Of a stretch of 64,000 nt of DNA, positions 50,348-62,695 are shown one piece after another (within the stretch, counting starts at the first letter, position 1; every line of letters starts with the position of its first letter). The stretch comes from Lophium mytilinum. Taxonomy: Eukaryota. A program made the position numbers and the translations under genes. Under the pieces are notes generated by a model. The model was given only the letters and a program-made list of their open reading frames with translations, was not told the origin of the DNA and made no database searches. The stretch spans positions 434,001 through 498,000 of the forward strand of contig MU004187.1 of NCBI GenBank assembly GCA_010093605.1. Direction: 5' to 3'.

Positions 50348-53300
50348 ATGACTCTACGTCTTTTTCCGCGTCGGTTTCTTACTTCTCTGCATCTTGGAAA
50401 CACTTCCCCATCTACATATCCAAGACTTGTTAGTGTCCGTCTGGCCGGGGCCCATTATCTTTCCCCTTATAGTCGCTGGATGTCCTTGCGAAGATCTTCA
50501 GGTTCAGCCCTACGCGAGGAGCAAACCTCGAAGCGACAAAAGTTCGAACATCAGAGGCCCCCAAAGATACGTCCACACGGCACCATGGGCAAAAGCTCAC
50601 TTCCGTCTGACCTGGAGCTCACCAAGGTTGAGTCGACTTTGCGCCAGCTGTTACTGGATGTCGTCGCCTATATTGAGAGCACATCTGGCGCTGGTGCACT
50701 TGATTCCACCGTACAGTTGCCCAAAGAACTCGAAAATGCCCCACTGGAGCTTCGATTTGCTGGCGGTTGGGTCCGAGACAAGCTTCTTGGGGTGGGCAGT
50801 CATGACATTGACATTGCCATCAACAAGATGACGGGGCTCAACTTTGCGGAAAAGATGCAAGAATACCTAAAGAAGCCCGAGAGTGTTGAGAAGTATGGCC
50901 CGGACATCCTACGCGGTATAGCGAAGATTGAGCGGAATCCCGAGAAATCCAAAAACCTGGAGACGGCCACCACCAAGCTACTGGGGCTCGATTTGGATTT
51001 TGTGAATCTTCGCAAAGAGACATACAAGGACGATAGCCGGAACCCAGAGGTCGAGTTTGGAACACCAGAAGAAGATGCCATGAGGCGCGATGCCACTATC
51101 AATTCCATGTTCTACAATATCAACACGTCGTCAATTGAAGACCTCACAGGCAGAGGCTGGGAGGACATGCAAGCGAAGATCATCAGGACGCCATTGGAAC
51201 CGTATCAAACTTTCATGGATGACCCACTGCGAACTCTCAGATTGATTCGGTTTGCTAGCAGGCTCAACTACAGCATCGACCCCGACGCAGAAAATTCGAT
51301 GGGCAACGATGACATCAAGAAGGCATTTGCATTGAAGATAAGCAGAGAGAGGATCTGGGTCGAGTTGGAGAAAATGCTCAACGGGCCAGATCCGCACATG
51401 GCGATGGTTTTGATCAATCGTGTCGGCCTGTACGATACTATCTTCACAGACCCGAGTCGCGATCTGCCATCGAAGCCAGAACTTTCATACTTTCCTTCTG
51501 CGTATGGAACAGTCTTCGAGATGCTTAGCCCCGAGAAAGCAGATGGCACTATATCATCTAACCTGCTACGCAATCCGGAAGAGAAGTTTCAAGCATGGAT
51601 GTCTGCAGCTGTTATGCCATGGGCCGATGCACCTCTTGTCGATCCTCCAAAGAAGAATAAGCCAATGCTGTACGTTCCGCAACTAGTAGCATGGGAGGGT
51701 GTCAAAGCTCCGAACAGAATCTGCGACGTCATTACAGCGTCGTTGAAGAATCTTGAGGAGATAAAGAATTTGAAGGATCAATGTGTGATTCAGCTGAGAT
51801 CCCCACATAGGCGGAAGGATGGACAAGATGCTACTGCCAGGGATACTTTAGGAATGGCGATTCGAAGCTGGGGTCAGTCTTGGAGGAGCCAATTGCTTTT
51901 TGCACTCTTACACGACACCGCCCTAGGATCCATCTCAAAAGAGAGTGAGTCTGGACTATTCTTCTAGTATTAGCACGCTTACTGACTAAACTCTAGCCAT
52001 CCTATCCACATATAGCACCTTCCTCACCCACCTCACTAAATCGAATCTCCTCGAGGTCTACGCCGAAAAGCCAATCATGACCGGCACCGACCTCGCCAAA
52101 GCCCTATCCATGAAACCCGGCCCATGGATGAAGGACGCCCTCAACGTCGTAATGGCCTGGCAACTCCGCCACCCTGACGTAACAGATCGCACAGAAGTCA
52201 TCGAAGCCGTCAAAGCCCACGTCGATGCCAACTCTAAAAGCGGCTCCAAACCCAACCAAAAGACAAGTGAGCTTCCCGCCCGCCTCGCCACCCACTTTCT
52301 CCAGCTTACCATCCGACCTCTCTTCGCGTCGTCACAGAAGAACGATCTTAACAACCTCACCCCCGCCGGTCATGTGTCCAGCCGGCCACCAGCTCGGAAA
52401 ACAGTTGATTTCGACGAAGTGGCGCCTTGGAAAGCACCAAGCCAGGCCTACGCCATCGACCTCCTCCGCTGGGTCCTGCAAGCCCTCGACCCCAAAGGCG
52501 TAGAAGCAAACTGGGGCCTCCTCATTCCCCCAATCCTCAGAATCTTAGACGACCTGGACACAGCATGGAAAGCAGTCGGCTGCGAGCTCCTTACTGTTCT
52601 CTTAAAAACAACGCCCCCTGCATTGCTATCACGAACCGGGCTCGGGAAAGTCTTCGAGGAAACACTCATGCCCTGTCTCACCTACCTCCCATCCCTAACC
52701 CCTGAAGCCGAATCTGTAGTTCTATTAGACAAAACCATTCCAGCTCTAATGGCGCTAGCAGACGCTCTATACCCTCCTTCTCAATCTACTGCAGCAGCCC
52801 CTACTAGTTCATCTGGCAACACAAAAAGACCCCTTACAACACCAACCCCCGTAACTCGCTCCCGCTACCTCGATAACCTCCTCCGTGCCGCCATCTTCGC
52901 CCCCTTTGCGCACTCAGGTACCCATGTCCGCATCGCGGAAGCCCTCTTTACGCACCTCATACCCCTTCTTAATACAATGCAACTCGACGCAGTCAAGCAC
53001 CTCCAGCGACTCCTTCCTATGCTCTCAGATACCCTGTCCGAACCGCTTGGTGTAGCGTATCCGCCGTTGCTAGAACAGGCGGCGAGGGCGATGCAGAGTG
53101 TGATGTTGAATGCGTGGCCGAGGATATCAGTGCATAGGGGGGAGGTGGTTAGGGGGTTAGTCGTGTGCTGGGTGAGGATCTGCGAATCGGAGGAGCTGGC
53201 AGAAAAGGGTAAGGTAGAGGGTTTGGAGGGGGTGAAGAGGGAACTAAAGGCTGCTGCGGAGATGTTGGTGAAAGTGGTAGAGACGGATGAGGAAATTGAT

Positions 53301-53372
53301 TTCAAGAGCGAGGTGTCAGGGTTGGTTGAGGCGGATGAAAGGGTTAGGGGGTTGTTTGACGGGTTTGTGTGA
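50348..53372 (+). CDS. CCA1: CCA tRNA nucleotidyltransferase with an in-frame C-terminal Tti2-like domain; intron 51945-51996
   Basis: CCA motifs are GGWVRDKLLG..SHDIDIA, DFVNLRKETY, EEDAMRRDATIN, DDPLR.LR.IRFA, KISRERI and the tail KPGPW...WQL. With no stop, a Tti2-like region follows (IRPLF, PWK, LIPPILRILDD, LL.RTGL..VF...L.P.L.YLPSLTP, LNAWPR). Confidence 0.9.
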
Positions 53373-53678
53373 GACCAGATAGCTCCCTGATGTTGTGGCA
53401 TAACATAGCCTGTATTCTCACTCATGTTGGAGATGCTTCGGTGCATAATGGGATGGGAGAAAAATCGAACATATCTGCGAGCTTATGACCGTGGGGTTCG
53501 AGTCCAGTTCATCGTTGCCTTCACAAATGTGTTATAGCACAGCCATGGTAGCCTGGGCTTCCAACTTACAGCTACAACAGTACCAGAATATCGAGGTGGT
53601 TTTCTTCAGCTTAAAGAGTAACAATTACACTACACCTACACCCAATCTACAACCCCTCCCCCCTCCCCCCTCCCCCAA

Positions 53679-54428
53679 CTACCTCAACAACACCCCATCC
53701 ACCTCCTCCCCATCATCCTTAACCGTCTCCAGCTCCAAATCACTCTGATCCTCCCCCTCCTCATCACTCTTATCCGCCTCCTCATCCCTAAACCCCTCTT
53801 GCCCCGCCAGCAACGGCTCCGCGCCGCCGGTCCCCGCATCCCCCGTCTTCTTCCCCTCCTCCCGACTCCCTATAATCACGCTGCCAGCCACCAACATCGC
53901 TGCACCAATCCACCACACGCCCGGTAGCGACTCGGAGAAGATGAGCGCGCCCAGTACGGCTGTGAGCATGAAGTTCGCCGAGGTGTTGATGATGCTGACG
54001 CGGACGGTGGAGGAGGCGAGGGTGAGGGCGCGCGTGAAGAGGCCCCACATGATGGCGTTGAAGAGTAGGTTTAGGGCGAAGAAGAGCTGGGAGGTGGGGT
54101 TAGAGGAATGGAATGTAGTGGATTGGAGAGAGTTTTGGGGTAGGAGGTGATGTGACACGGCATGTAGGAGAGGGAGGGACGTACGCCGCGGATGATGTAT
54201 TCGACGAAGTGGTTGCCGGGGCTGAGGCCGAAGCCTTTGGAGATGGCGTGCGCCCAGGTGGTTGTGAGGGTGGTGGTTGTGCTGTATAGAAAGGTTAGCG
54301 TGCTGGTATACTCCATGGGTTATGAGCGGAGAGGCGTACAGCTTCGCGAAGACGCCATTGAAGGAGGCACAGGCGCCGCTTGCAACGGCGAGGATGAGCC
54401 AGGTTGGGCTTGAGCGGAGTCGGTCCAT
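53679..54428 (-). CDS. TMEM42-like (DMT/EamA superfamily) small membrane protein, two introns
   Basis: Motifs AVASGACASFNGVFAKL, NAIMWGLFTRAL, INTSANFMLTAVLG.LIF.E.L and WW.GA. Confidence 0.85.
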   Translation of the reverse strand: MDRLRSSPTWLILAVASGACASFNGVFAKLYASPLITHGVYQHANLSIQHNHHPHNHLGARHLQRLRPQPRQPLRRIHHPRRTSLPLLHAVSHHLLPQNSLQSTTFHSSNPTSQLFFALNLLFNAIMWGLFTRALTLASSTVRVSIINTSANFMLTAVLGALIFSESLPGVWWIGAAMLVAGSVIIGSREEGKKTGDAGTGGAEPLLAGQEGFRDEEADKSDEEGEDQSDLELETVKDDGEEVDGVLLR

Positions 54429-55248
54429 TGTCAAAGGGTATGGAGGGGTGTTAGGGGGCTTAAGTGTCTATGTCGTGGTGTTAGAACGCGCGAGGTTGAG
54501 CGCCAAGGTTGAAGCCGCGTTCGGCCGGCATTCCGATTGGTGCTGTGGTGGGTTATGCTTGGAGGTTTATATACATTATTGGAGCACTCCAGAGGTGCCA
54601 GAAGAGAGACAAGACACTCAAATATCAGTCTTAATCACGATGCGACAACCTTGAATTTCGTGCTAGCTGTGAATAGCTTGTTGAAGTGCCTTTGACGGTG
54701 TCAAACAGCAAGCAAAGCGCAGTTCAAGGATGCCTAAATCACAGCAACATGAGCGTCACATGTCAGGTCTATTTGGAAAAATCGTCGGAACACTCCAGAT
54801 AGTATTCGCATAGTGCAGCTCTAAAAGCATTCTGAATCATGATAGAGAGTCCTTGCATGCCGTGTGGATTTCCATCTTGTGCTGGGCCCTCCAGACAGCG
54901 TCATACCACGATCAAACCATGATCACGAAGCATCGAATCTCAGGTGTGCGGAAATAGTGTAATTCCCTCACTGCAGGTGTATCATGACTTCCTGCACCCT
55001 GTAAAGCCCACCGACTCCATAACATGCACACCCTTCCTGAACGCCTGGACACAGCAGCTCTGATCAAAGCCCCACACGTGAAAGAAAGGTCCTAGTTGAT
55101 TGTTGGTTTGGCCTCTGACTTTCTCTTTGCGGGACTCGAAGGTTGTTCTTTGGTAGGTAACCGAAATGCTGGATGTACCCGATGGTTTTTCTCGTTTTCT
55201 AGAAGGTTCCGGATTTAGCAACGCCTCTCAAAAGCATTCAGAACCCAT

Positions 55249-55708
55249 CTAGGCAGGATCACCAGGACGCTTCGCATTGCAGCTGACGATCTTGATTTTC
55301 TCCGCCGTGATAGAGTTCGTATTGTCCAGTTTGAGAGCGATGTCTTTAATGATAAAGGTCCACACTTCGTCGCAGAACCGGTAGGTATCGAGATGTCCCT
55401 ATAGCAGGCGCATAACTGTTAGCAAGCGCACCAGACCAACGACCGCGCGCAACGGGCAAAATTTACCTTGAACGTCATGCGCGCCTTGACCTTCTCGGCG
55501 AGCACATCTGCGACGGCCTTGTCGAGGTGGGTGAGGATCTTGAGGGCAAGTTGGGGCTCGATGCCGCCGTTGCTGATGAATTCGTCAAGCGTGTCCGTGA
55601 GCGAGCTTCCTAGGCTGCGGCGGGTTAGTGAATGAAATTAGTACACATCGCAAGTAAGAGGCAGTACCTGCTACGGCGGTAGAGCTCATAGTACTTGGAG
55701 TCGGCCAT
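55249..55708 (-). CDS. TOA2: Transcription initiation factor TFIIA small (gamma) subunit, two introns
   Basis: The spliced product reads [25 protein letters not shown]...IEPQLA...[20 protein letters not shown]...KIVSCN. Confidence 0.96.
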
Positions 55709-56066
55709 GGTGGTGGGCGTGGCGACGACGACGATGTAGGAGCGACGGAGCAAGGCATCAAGGCGGGATCAAAGAGCTTGGATGTCGGCGCCAAGCCACT
55801 ATTGAAATATCTCACGTGACCCGAGCTCACTGAAGCAATGACCTTGTCTTATACATCTATAAGATCCATTAAATAGTACTAAAAAGTGAGCTGGAGGTCT
55901 CGGGAAGCCTGAAACAAAAGTGTTCTGCTGTACGCACTAAAGTGAGATAAAAGACACGTGACCCCAGAGCTAGGTGCATCATCCTGTCGCTCATCGAGGA
56001 GAGCTCCCGCCAGCACCCCAGCCCACCACCATCGCACTCGCTCCTCTACCGCACTCCGACCCGAAC

Positions 56067-56869
56067 ATGGTCCTCAAATATGGCTTCGGCGCGTCTACGC
56101 TGGCGTTGGGTGTGATCGGCCTGTGTGAGTAGGAAACTATTGAGGGTGTAGGCAGCGACTGATTGCAGCTAGATATGCTTTTTAATGGCGAGGGCGAAGC
56201 GTTCAACGTACGGATTATCACAACGAAGCTCTAGTAGCTATACTAACGTACTATACCAGGTCGGAGCATTCCTCGAGAGCGTCTCACCATACGTATGGGC
56301 GGATCTGGGCATTGGGATGTGCATAGGGCTATCCGTCGTCGGAGCAGCATGGTACGCACACGAACCCATTATCAGAAGAGCAACCTGGCTGACCGGAAAT
56401 CCAGGGGCATATTCACGACCGGCGTATCCATCCTTGGCGGAGGTGTCAAGGCTCCACGGATAAGAACGAAAAACTTGATCTCCATCATCTTCTGCGAAGT
56501 CGTCGCTATCTACGGCGTCATCATGGCCATTGTCTTCTCCTCCAAGCTCAAGTCCATTCCGGACTATGAGACTATATATTCGGCCACCAACTTCTATACC
56601 GGTTTTGCGTTGTTCTGGGGCGGCATAACCGTGGGCGCGTGCAATTTGATATGTGGTGTCTCAGTGGGCATCAACGGAAGCAGTGCCGCATTGGCTGATG
56701 CTGCGGACCCAACTCTGTACGTCCTTTCGGTCTCGCTCACGCACCTCCCCTACTAATATAACCTAGCTTTGTCAAAATCCTAGTTATCGAGATCTTCAGC
56801 TCCGTCCTCGGACTGTTCGGATTGATCGTAGGGCTGTTGGTGGCAGGAAACGCGCCAGACTTTGCCTGA
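56067..56869 (+). CDS. VMA16: V-ATPase proteolipid subunit c'', multi-exon
   Basis: Motifs [47 protein letters not shown] and [18 protein letters not shown]. Confidence 0.95.
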
Positions 56870-57226
56870 TGAATACGAGATTCAGGAAGGACAGAAAAAT
56901 GTTAAGATAGCCTAGCGGTGGCCCACAATGAATACTCATCCGGCATCAGGAGTTCAGGATAGCGGGCCAGTCTTGGTGTAGTTAGAATGGCGACGCAACG
57001 GTGGTTGCATGTCGCAAGCATTATCGCTTCAATGTGTATATAAACTGTGTAGCATGTATCATGACCAAGGAATTCATTGTTTGAAATTGAAGATTTGCTC
57101 TATATGAACTGGAGTGTTGCCAGGTGCTAGTGAAATGACGATACAGTCAGTACGTTACTAGAAAAGTGTGTTGTCTAAAATGGTCCTCCGGCCGCCACCG
57201 CTAACTTCGACTCTCCCACCAACACC

Positions 57227-59665
57227 ATGACCGACAACAAATTACGGGCAGCGATCCTAATCATATCGGAGACTGCATCGCAAGATCCATCAACTGACAA
57301 ATGCACGTCGATCTTGGAAGACGTCTTTGAGACACTAGGCAAAGACCAATGGGAGGTCTCTGTCAAGGAAATCGTGACAGATAGCGTTCTAGACATCCAA
57401 CGTTTCCTCCAGCGCTGGACTGATAAAGAAGATCATGTCAATCTCATCATTACCAGTGGTGGGACAGGCTTCGCCGTGAAAGATTATACGCCGGAGGTAA
57501 GTGTAGCGCATTCATAATTTAACATTGCAATATGGCTCACGGAAGCAATAGGCTGTGATGCCTCTCATACACCGGCATGCAACGGGGCTCGTGTAAGCCA
57601 TCCATCTATTCTTAGTTTCTTTTATCAACCTGATTGACTCAAATCTGCCAGCCATGGGATGTTAGCAGCATCTCTTTCCGTTACTCCGTGTTAGTCTCCA
57701 CCCTTTCTAAATCGCATATGAAGTCTAAGACGCTCTAGTTGCCCTAATGGCAAGGCCCGTTGCTGGAGTTAGAAATAAGACGTTGATTCTCACACTTCCC
57801 GGATCACCAAAGGGAGCAAAAGAGAACCTAGAAGCTGTACTGAAGCTCCTGCCTCATGCTTGCATTCAAGCTGCGGGTGCCGACTCTCGTTCTCTGCACG
57901 CGGGCGGAGTGAAGAAATTGGAAGCAGAAGCTGGAGTTCAATCTGGTGTAAATCCTGTCATATCGAAAGATGGCGGTGAGTGATGTTCCACGAGACGTGA
58001 ACAACACCTCCTATGCGTTTAGAATAGAATATTCCTGAATCAATGCCCCTCGTTCTAGGAACATGCTAATCGCTGAACCTAATTCAAAGGACATCACCAT
58101 CACGGTCATAACCACGGACATTCCCATGGTCACGGAGGGCATGCTGCTCCAAAAGCTCACACCAACCCAGAGTCCCAGCCGCAGTCGAATGACCTGACTG
58201 AAGGACCTACGCGTAGATATAGGTCGTCTCCTTATCCTATGCTATCCGTGAACGATGCACTAGATTTAGTCTCAGAGCATACGCCCGAACCAACAATACA
58301 GAAGGTTCCCGTAGACATGGCCTTAGGGGGATCAGTGTTGGCTGAAGATGTGAAAGCCGCTGAATCTGCACCTGCATTTCGAGCGAGTATCGTTGACGGA
58401 TATGCGGTAAGCCGCCTTTCTTCATGCCATCTTCCATCTTAAATGAAAATATCTCAGCAAGTCTCATTATGACCTAGGTCAAGTTTCCACAATCTGGCAA
58501 GTTCGAAAAGGGCGTCTACCCCGTAGCCCTCATCTCCCACGCCCAAGCCGGCGAGATCGCTCCACTAACTGAAGGTTCAATCGCTCGTATCACTACCGGC
58601 GCTCCACTACCACCAGGTGCCGATGCCGTCGTCATGGTGGAAGACACTGTGCTTAAGAGCAGGACCGAAGATGGCAAGGAAGAGAAGGAAATCGAGATCT
58701 TGACCGACGAGATCCAGCCTGGCGAAAATGTGCGCGAGGTCGGTAGCGACGTCAAAGCCGGTGATACCATCATGAAGAAAGGAGAAGGCATAACAGTAGT
58801 CGGTGGCGAGTTCGGGCTCCTGGCTTCCGTAGGGACAACAGAAGTCTCGATCTACAAGCGGCCGGTCGTGGGCGTTCTCAGTACTGGCGATGAGATCATA
58901 CCGCACGACCGACCTGGTGCACTCAGACTAGGAGAAGTCAGAGACACGAACAGACCTACCCTAATTACGTCAGTGCGAAGTAGTGGTTTCGAAGCAGTTG
59001 ATTTGGGCATCGTGTCAGACAAGTAAGCCTGCTTTCCCCTATCTTCCGAATCCCGTTCTGTTGGCTCATACACCTACGCACTTACTAGACCCGGCACCCT
59101 CGAAGAATCCCTTCGCGCCGCCCTCCGCAAATGCGACGTCGTTATCACTTCTGGCGGAGTATCTATGGGCGAGCTCGACCTCCTCAAGCCCACCATCGAG
59201 CGCTCGCTTGGAGGTACCATCCACTTTGGCCGTGTCAACATGAAGCCTGGCAAACCGACCACCTTCGCCACTGTACCGCTCAAAACATCCACCGGCGAAC
59301 GTGTTTCCAAATCTGTCTTCGCCCTTCCTGGCAACCCGGCTTCTGCGGTCGTCTGCTTCCACCTCTTTGTGCTACCGGCGCTGCATCAGGCTGCTGGGAT
59401 CAAACCTGCAGGATTGCCGCGCGTGAAGGTGGTGCTGGAGGAGGCGGTGAGAATGGATAAGCAGAGGCCGGAGTATCATCGCGCTTTAGTGGTATCGAAA
59501 GAAGATGGACTGTTGTATGCGAGTAGTACAGGTGGCCAGAGAAGTTCACGCATTGGCAGTTTCAAAGGGGCGAATGCGTTGTTGTGTTTGCCTGCGGGCG
59601 AGGGACAGATAAAGAAGGGGGAGAGGGTGGACGCCTTGTTGATGGGAAAGCTAGGGGAGGCTTAG
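57227..59665 (+). CDS. cnxE: Gephyrin-type molybdenum cofactor biosynthesis protein (MogA-like G domain + His-rich linker + MoeA-like E domain), multi-exon
   Basis: G domain: TSGGTGFA..DYTPE, ARPVAG, LPGSPKG. Linker: HHHHGHNHGHSHGH. E domain: RASIVDGYA, RITTGAP.P.GADAVVMVED, STGDE, SGGVSMG, KPGKP, LPGNP, QRSSR. Confidence 0.95.
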
Positions 59666-60345
59666 GAGAGTGTAGAGTAGAAGCCGGTTGCAAAGCAACG
59701 TTCACAACGTTGAAGCTTTTGGTCATGATACAGGTCCTAGGTTTACTTTCGTAGACTTTTGTACAGTCTTCAAAGGCAAGTCTGACTCACCCCCTTCGCC
59801 GAGTCACGTTTCTATATATTTCTACGCTACATCATACGGATTGGAGTCCTAGTACAGCCTGTGCAGCGAGATCTTTATGGGTGTATTCTTGTTTTTTACT
59901 TCTGAATGGTGGCGCTGTATCAAGAAAAGTCCAATTATCTTCCTCTGCCCGCATCGCTCAATGTATTCCTGGAGGTCTGGAAGGTATGGATGTTCAAATG
60001 AACCCGTCGGTAAGCTCTCTATGCCACCTCGAAAGACAGCAGTGGACGGTCGTACGAAGCATCACGGGGCAGTCCCTGAACAGAATGAGTCAATCAAGGG
60101 ACGGCAAGCATGTCAACAAGACCAGTAAGATAAATAGCAGATCCCACATTCGCTCCTACCAGAAACATAACGCCGGCATTACCCTATCACGACTTCCTCT
60201 TGCCGTCATTACGACCTGACCTCCTACCCTTCGTGACTTCTACTTCATCATTCACCTTCACCCTTTAAATTGCACGCACCTCCCGCCTATAAATACCCCT
60301 TGGCCGCGCCATGAGAAAACAGTTCACCCAGCCAGCCACTCTAAG

Positions 60346-61353
60346 ATGTTTAACAACAACGCGTCAGCCGACGACAGCGAGGCCAAACCCGGCCCCGACC
60401 CACCCCCAGAGGCCGTGGGCCTGGCCTCCTCCCCCTTCTTCTCATCTCCGCCTAGCTCACCTCGTGGCCCTATCACCCCCATCATCGACCAAGACACCAC
60501 CTCTATCCCCCCCAACTCATCCACCAACCCCATCTTCCCCCCAAACTACCTCAACATCAACCAAGACTACGTCAACGCTACAAAGACCATCCCCCCCTTC
60601 CACGACTACACCGAACCCATCACCCTCCTCGAATGCGCCACCACGACCGCCGACGGCACCCCAGTCCGCGCCATCGACTGGGTCAAGCACGCCCTCGCCG
60701 CCGACCGCACCCTCGGGCTGATGCTGACGTACGACCACACGAGCTTCGGCTACATCAAAGACGGCAGTGACGCGCGCTTCCTGATCGTGCCGCGCGCGCT
60801 CTTCCACGACAGCGTCAGCGTCGGCTGGTTCGTCCATTCGGCATTCCGCTACTCGGAGATCAACTGGACGGCGTACAAGCCGTGCATTGCGCCGCTGCTG
60901 CAGGAGTGGCTTGAGCAGGGGCTGGTGAGGATTGTTCAGCAGTGGCGGTGCGATGCGCCGCCGGCGGAGATGAAGTTCTTTAAGGGGTACTTTTTGGCGG
61001 CGACGGAGCAGAATATTATGACGTTGTTGAATCGGGCGACGCCGGAGAATAGTGAGGATGAGGATGAGGTGGAGGAGGATGCGCAGGAGGAGGTGGGCTT
61101 GGGGTTGGGGTTGGGGTTGGAGGTGAAGGTGAAGAGGGAGGAGGGCGAGAGCAAGCCAAAGGAGACGGCTAAAGCCCCATTGTGGTGGTACCCGGTCAGG
61201 CAGCAGATGCCGCCGCCGGTGGTTCTGAGAGCGAAGAAGGTGGAAAGTCCGGTGCAGAAGAGGAAACGGGAGAGGATGGATAGTGCGATGGAGAGTCCGC
61301 CGCCGAAGAGGCGGCAGAGCGAGGATAATCCGGTCATTGACATTTCGGATTGA
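60346..61353 (+). CDS. Hypothetical protein (335 aa) with a basic C-terminal NLS-like segment
   Basis: Long ORF with strong third-position codon bias and a TATAAATA at about 60288; no family recognised. Confidence 0.7.
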   Translation: MFNNNASADDSEAKPGPDPPPEAVGLASSPFFSSPPSSPRGPITPIIDQDTTSIPPNSSTNPIFPPNYLNINQDYVNATKTIPPFHDYTEPITLLECATTTADGTPVRAIDWVKHALAADRTLGLMLTYDHTSFGYIKDGSDARFLIVPRALFHDSVSVGWFVHSAFRYSEINWTAYKPCIAPLLQEWLEQGLVRIVQQWRCDAPPAEMKFFKGYFLAATEQNIMTLLNRATPENSEDEDEVEEDAQEEVGLGLGLGLEVKVKREEGESKPKETAKAPLWWYPVRQQMPPPVVLRAKKVESPVQKRKRERMDSAMESPPPKRRQSEDNPVIDISD

Positions 61354-61906
61354 TTCAGGGGTGGGACGGTGTTTTGGAGTTGTGAGGATATCTGGCATCG
61401 GCGTTTTGGCGTTGAGCGGAAGTTAGGTCTTCACCTTTCAAAATTACTTGGCATTGCTGAGACTTGTTGGGCAGTCTGAAGGTTCATACTTAGACTTAGG
61501 AAATAAGTCTTTACTAAACCTGATGCTTCAATGTGTTCTGAAGATGTGACCCAAAGTAATATGTTCAAAGAAACGTTTTAGACTAATAGCTGCGTGATGT
61601 CTGACAACCCCATCGCCCAACTGAGTCAACCCAAACTGCGTCGTGCGTTCGAGATGGTCTCAGCTTCAGGGGGACTGTGCTAATTGGGCTCTTGATAAAG
61701 AAGATTTGAAAGTATAGGAAAAAGGGTTGGTGAACGTGATATTCGATGGCTGGAGGAATGATCATTTGATACGTGCTCTGATATCGGCGGAGAATTACGC
61801 CTATGTTTAACGTCGGCGCCCATCGTGTTCACACTGGGTGCCAACGACTTCCACTCTACCAACGCCTGAAAACCCTGCTAAGCAACAATTTTACCCTACA
61901 ACCCTT

Positions 61907-62695
61907 TTACACTACCCTCTTGACCTGGAACAAGATTAGCATATGGGCCGAAAGCACGGTGGAGACGGAACATACCTCGAAGAACCTCTTTAGCCACCAA
62001 ACCTGGAAAACACCCTCTCCAATAAGCACCCCAAGCTGGAAAATACTCCACCACTTCACTCGCGCGTTCGTGCTCTCAGCGGTGTTCCTGTGTGTTCGCT
62101 CGCGCACGACGATATAGCCTTGCTCGTCCTTGACCTGGGCGATCAGCTCTCCGAGTTGTCGAACTAATCAAAGTATCAGTAACCATCATCCAACCCTCTG
62201 AAGAGACGTTTCACAGACCCTCTTTCTCCAATGGATCCTGCGGCGCTTCTGATTCCGGCACGTAAACGATTCCATGGACATTGAACGAGACCTCCTTGGT
62301 ATTCGCGGACCAATGCTCGTTGCTGAAGCAGTATGTGTATCGGCCGTCCATGCCCGCAATGAAGGAGTGGTCGCCGGAGGAGATTGAGCGCTCGTGGACT
62401 TGGTAGGAGTTGGAGGGCGTTTGGATCTGTGAATTGCGCGGTATCAGCACTCTACCAATTGCATATTGTTGTATACGAGGCATATATGGGGCCTTACCCA
62501 GAAGTCGACCTCCAAGTTCCCGCTACCTCCAAACTCTCGGTCGCCGACTTGGAAGGTCACGGTCATCTTGTCGTCCTTGTGCAGCTGCTCGTGGAAGCAT
62601 TCCCGCGAATGCGCCTTCATCTGGATGTTGTGGGCGGAGGACAGGCCGAGCATGCTGCTCGCCGCGGCGAGGATAGCGAAGGAGGAGAACAGCAT
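61907..62695 (-). CDS. EMP24: p24/GOLD-domain COPII cargo receptor (Emp24), three introns
   Basis: Signal peptide, RECFHE, GRYTYCFSNE, RERTHRNTAESTNARVKWWS and the C-terminal KRFFEVKRVV. Confidence 0.95.

Noticed and set aside
60517..61398. 293-aa antisense ORF
   Set aside because: Shadow of the codon-biased plus-strand gene; low-complexity Leu/Arg/His translation.
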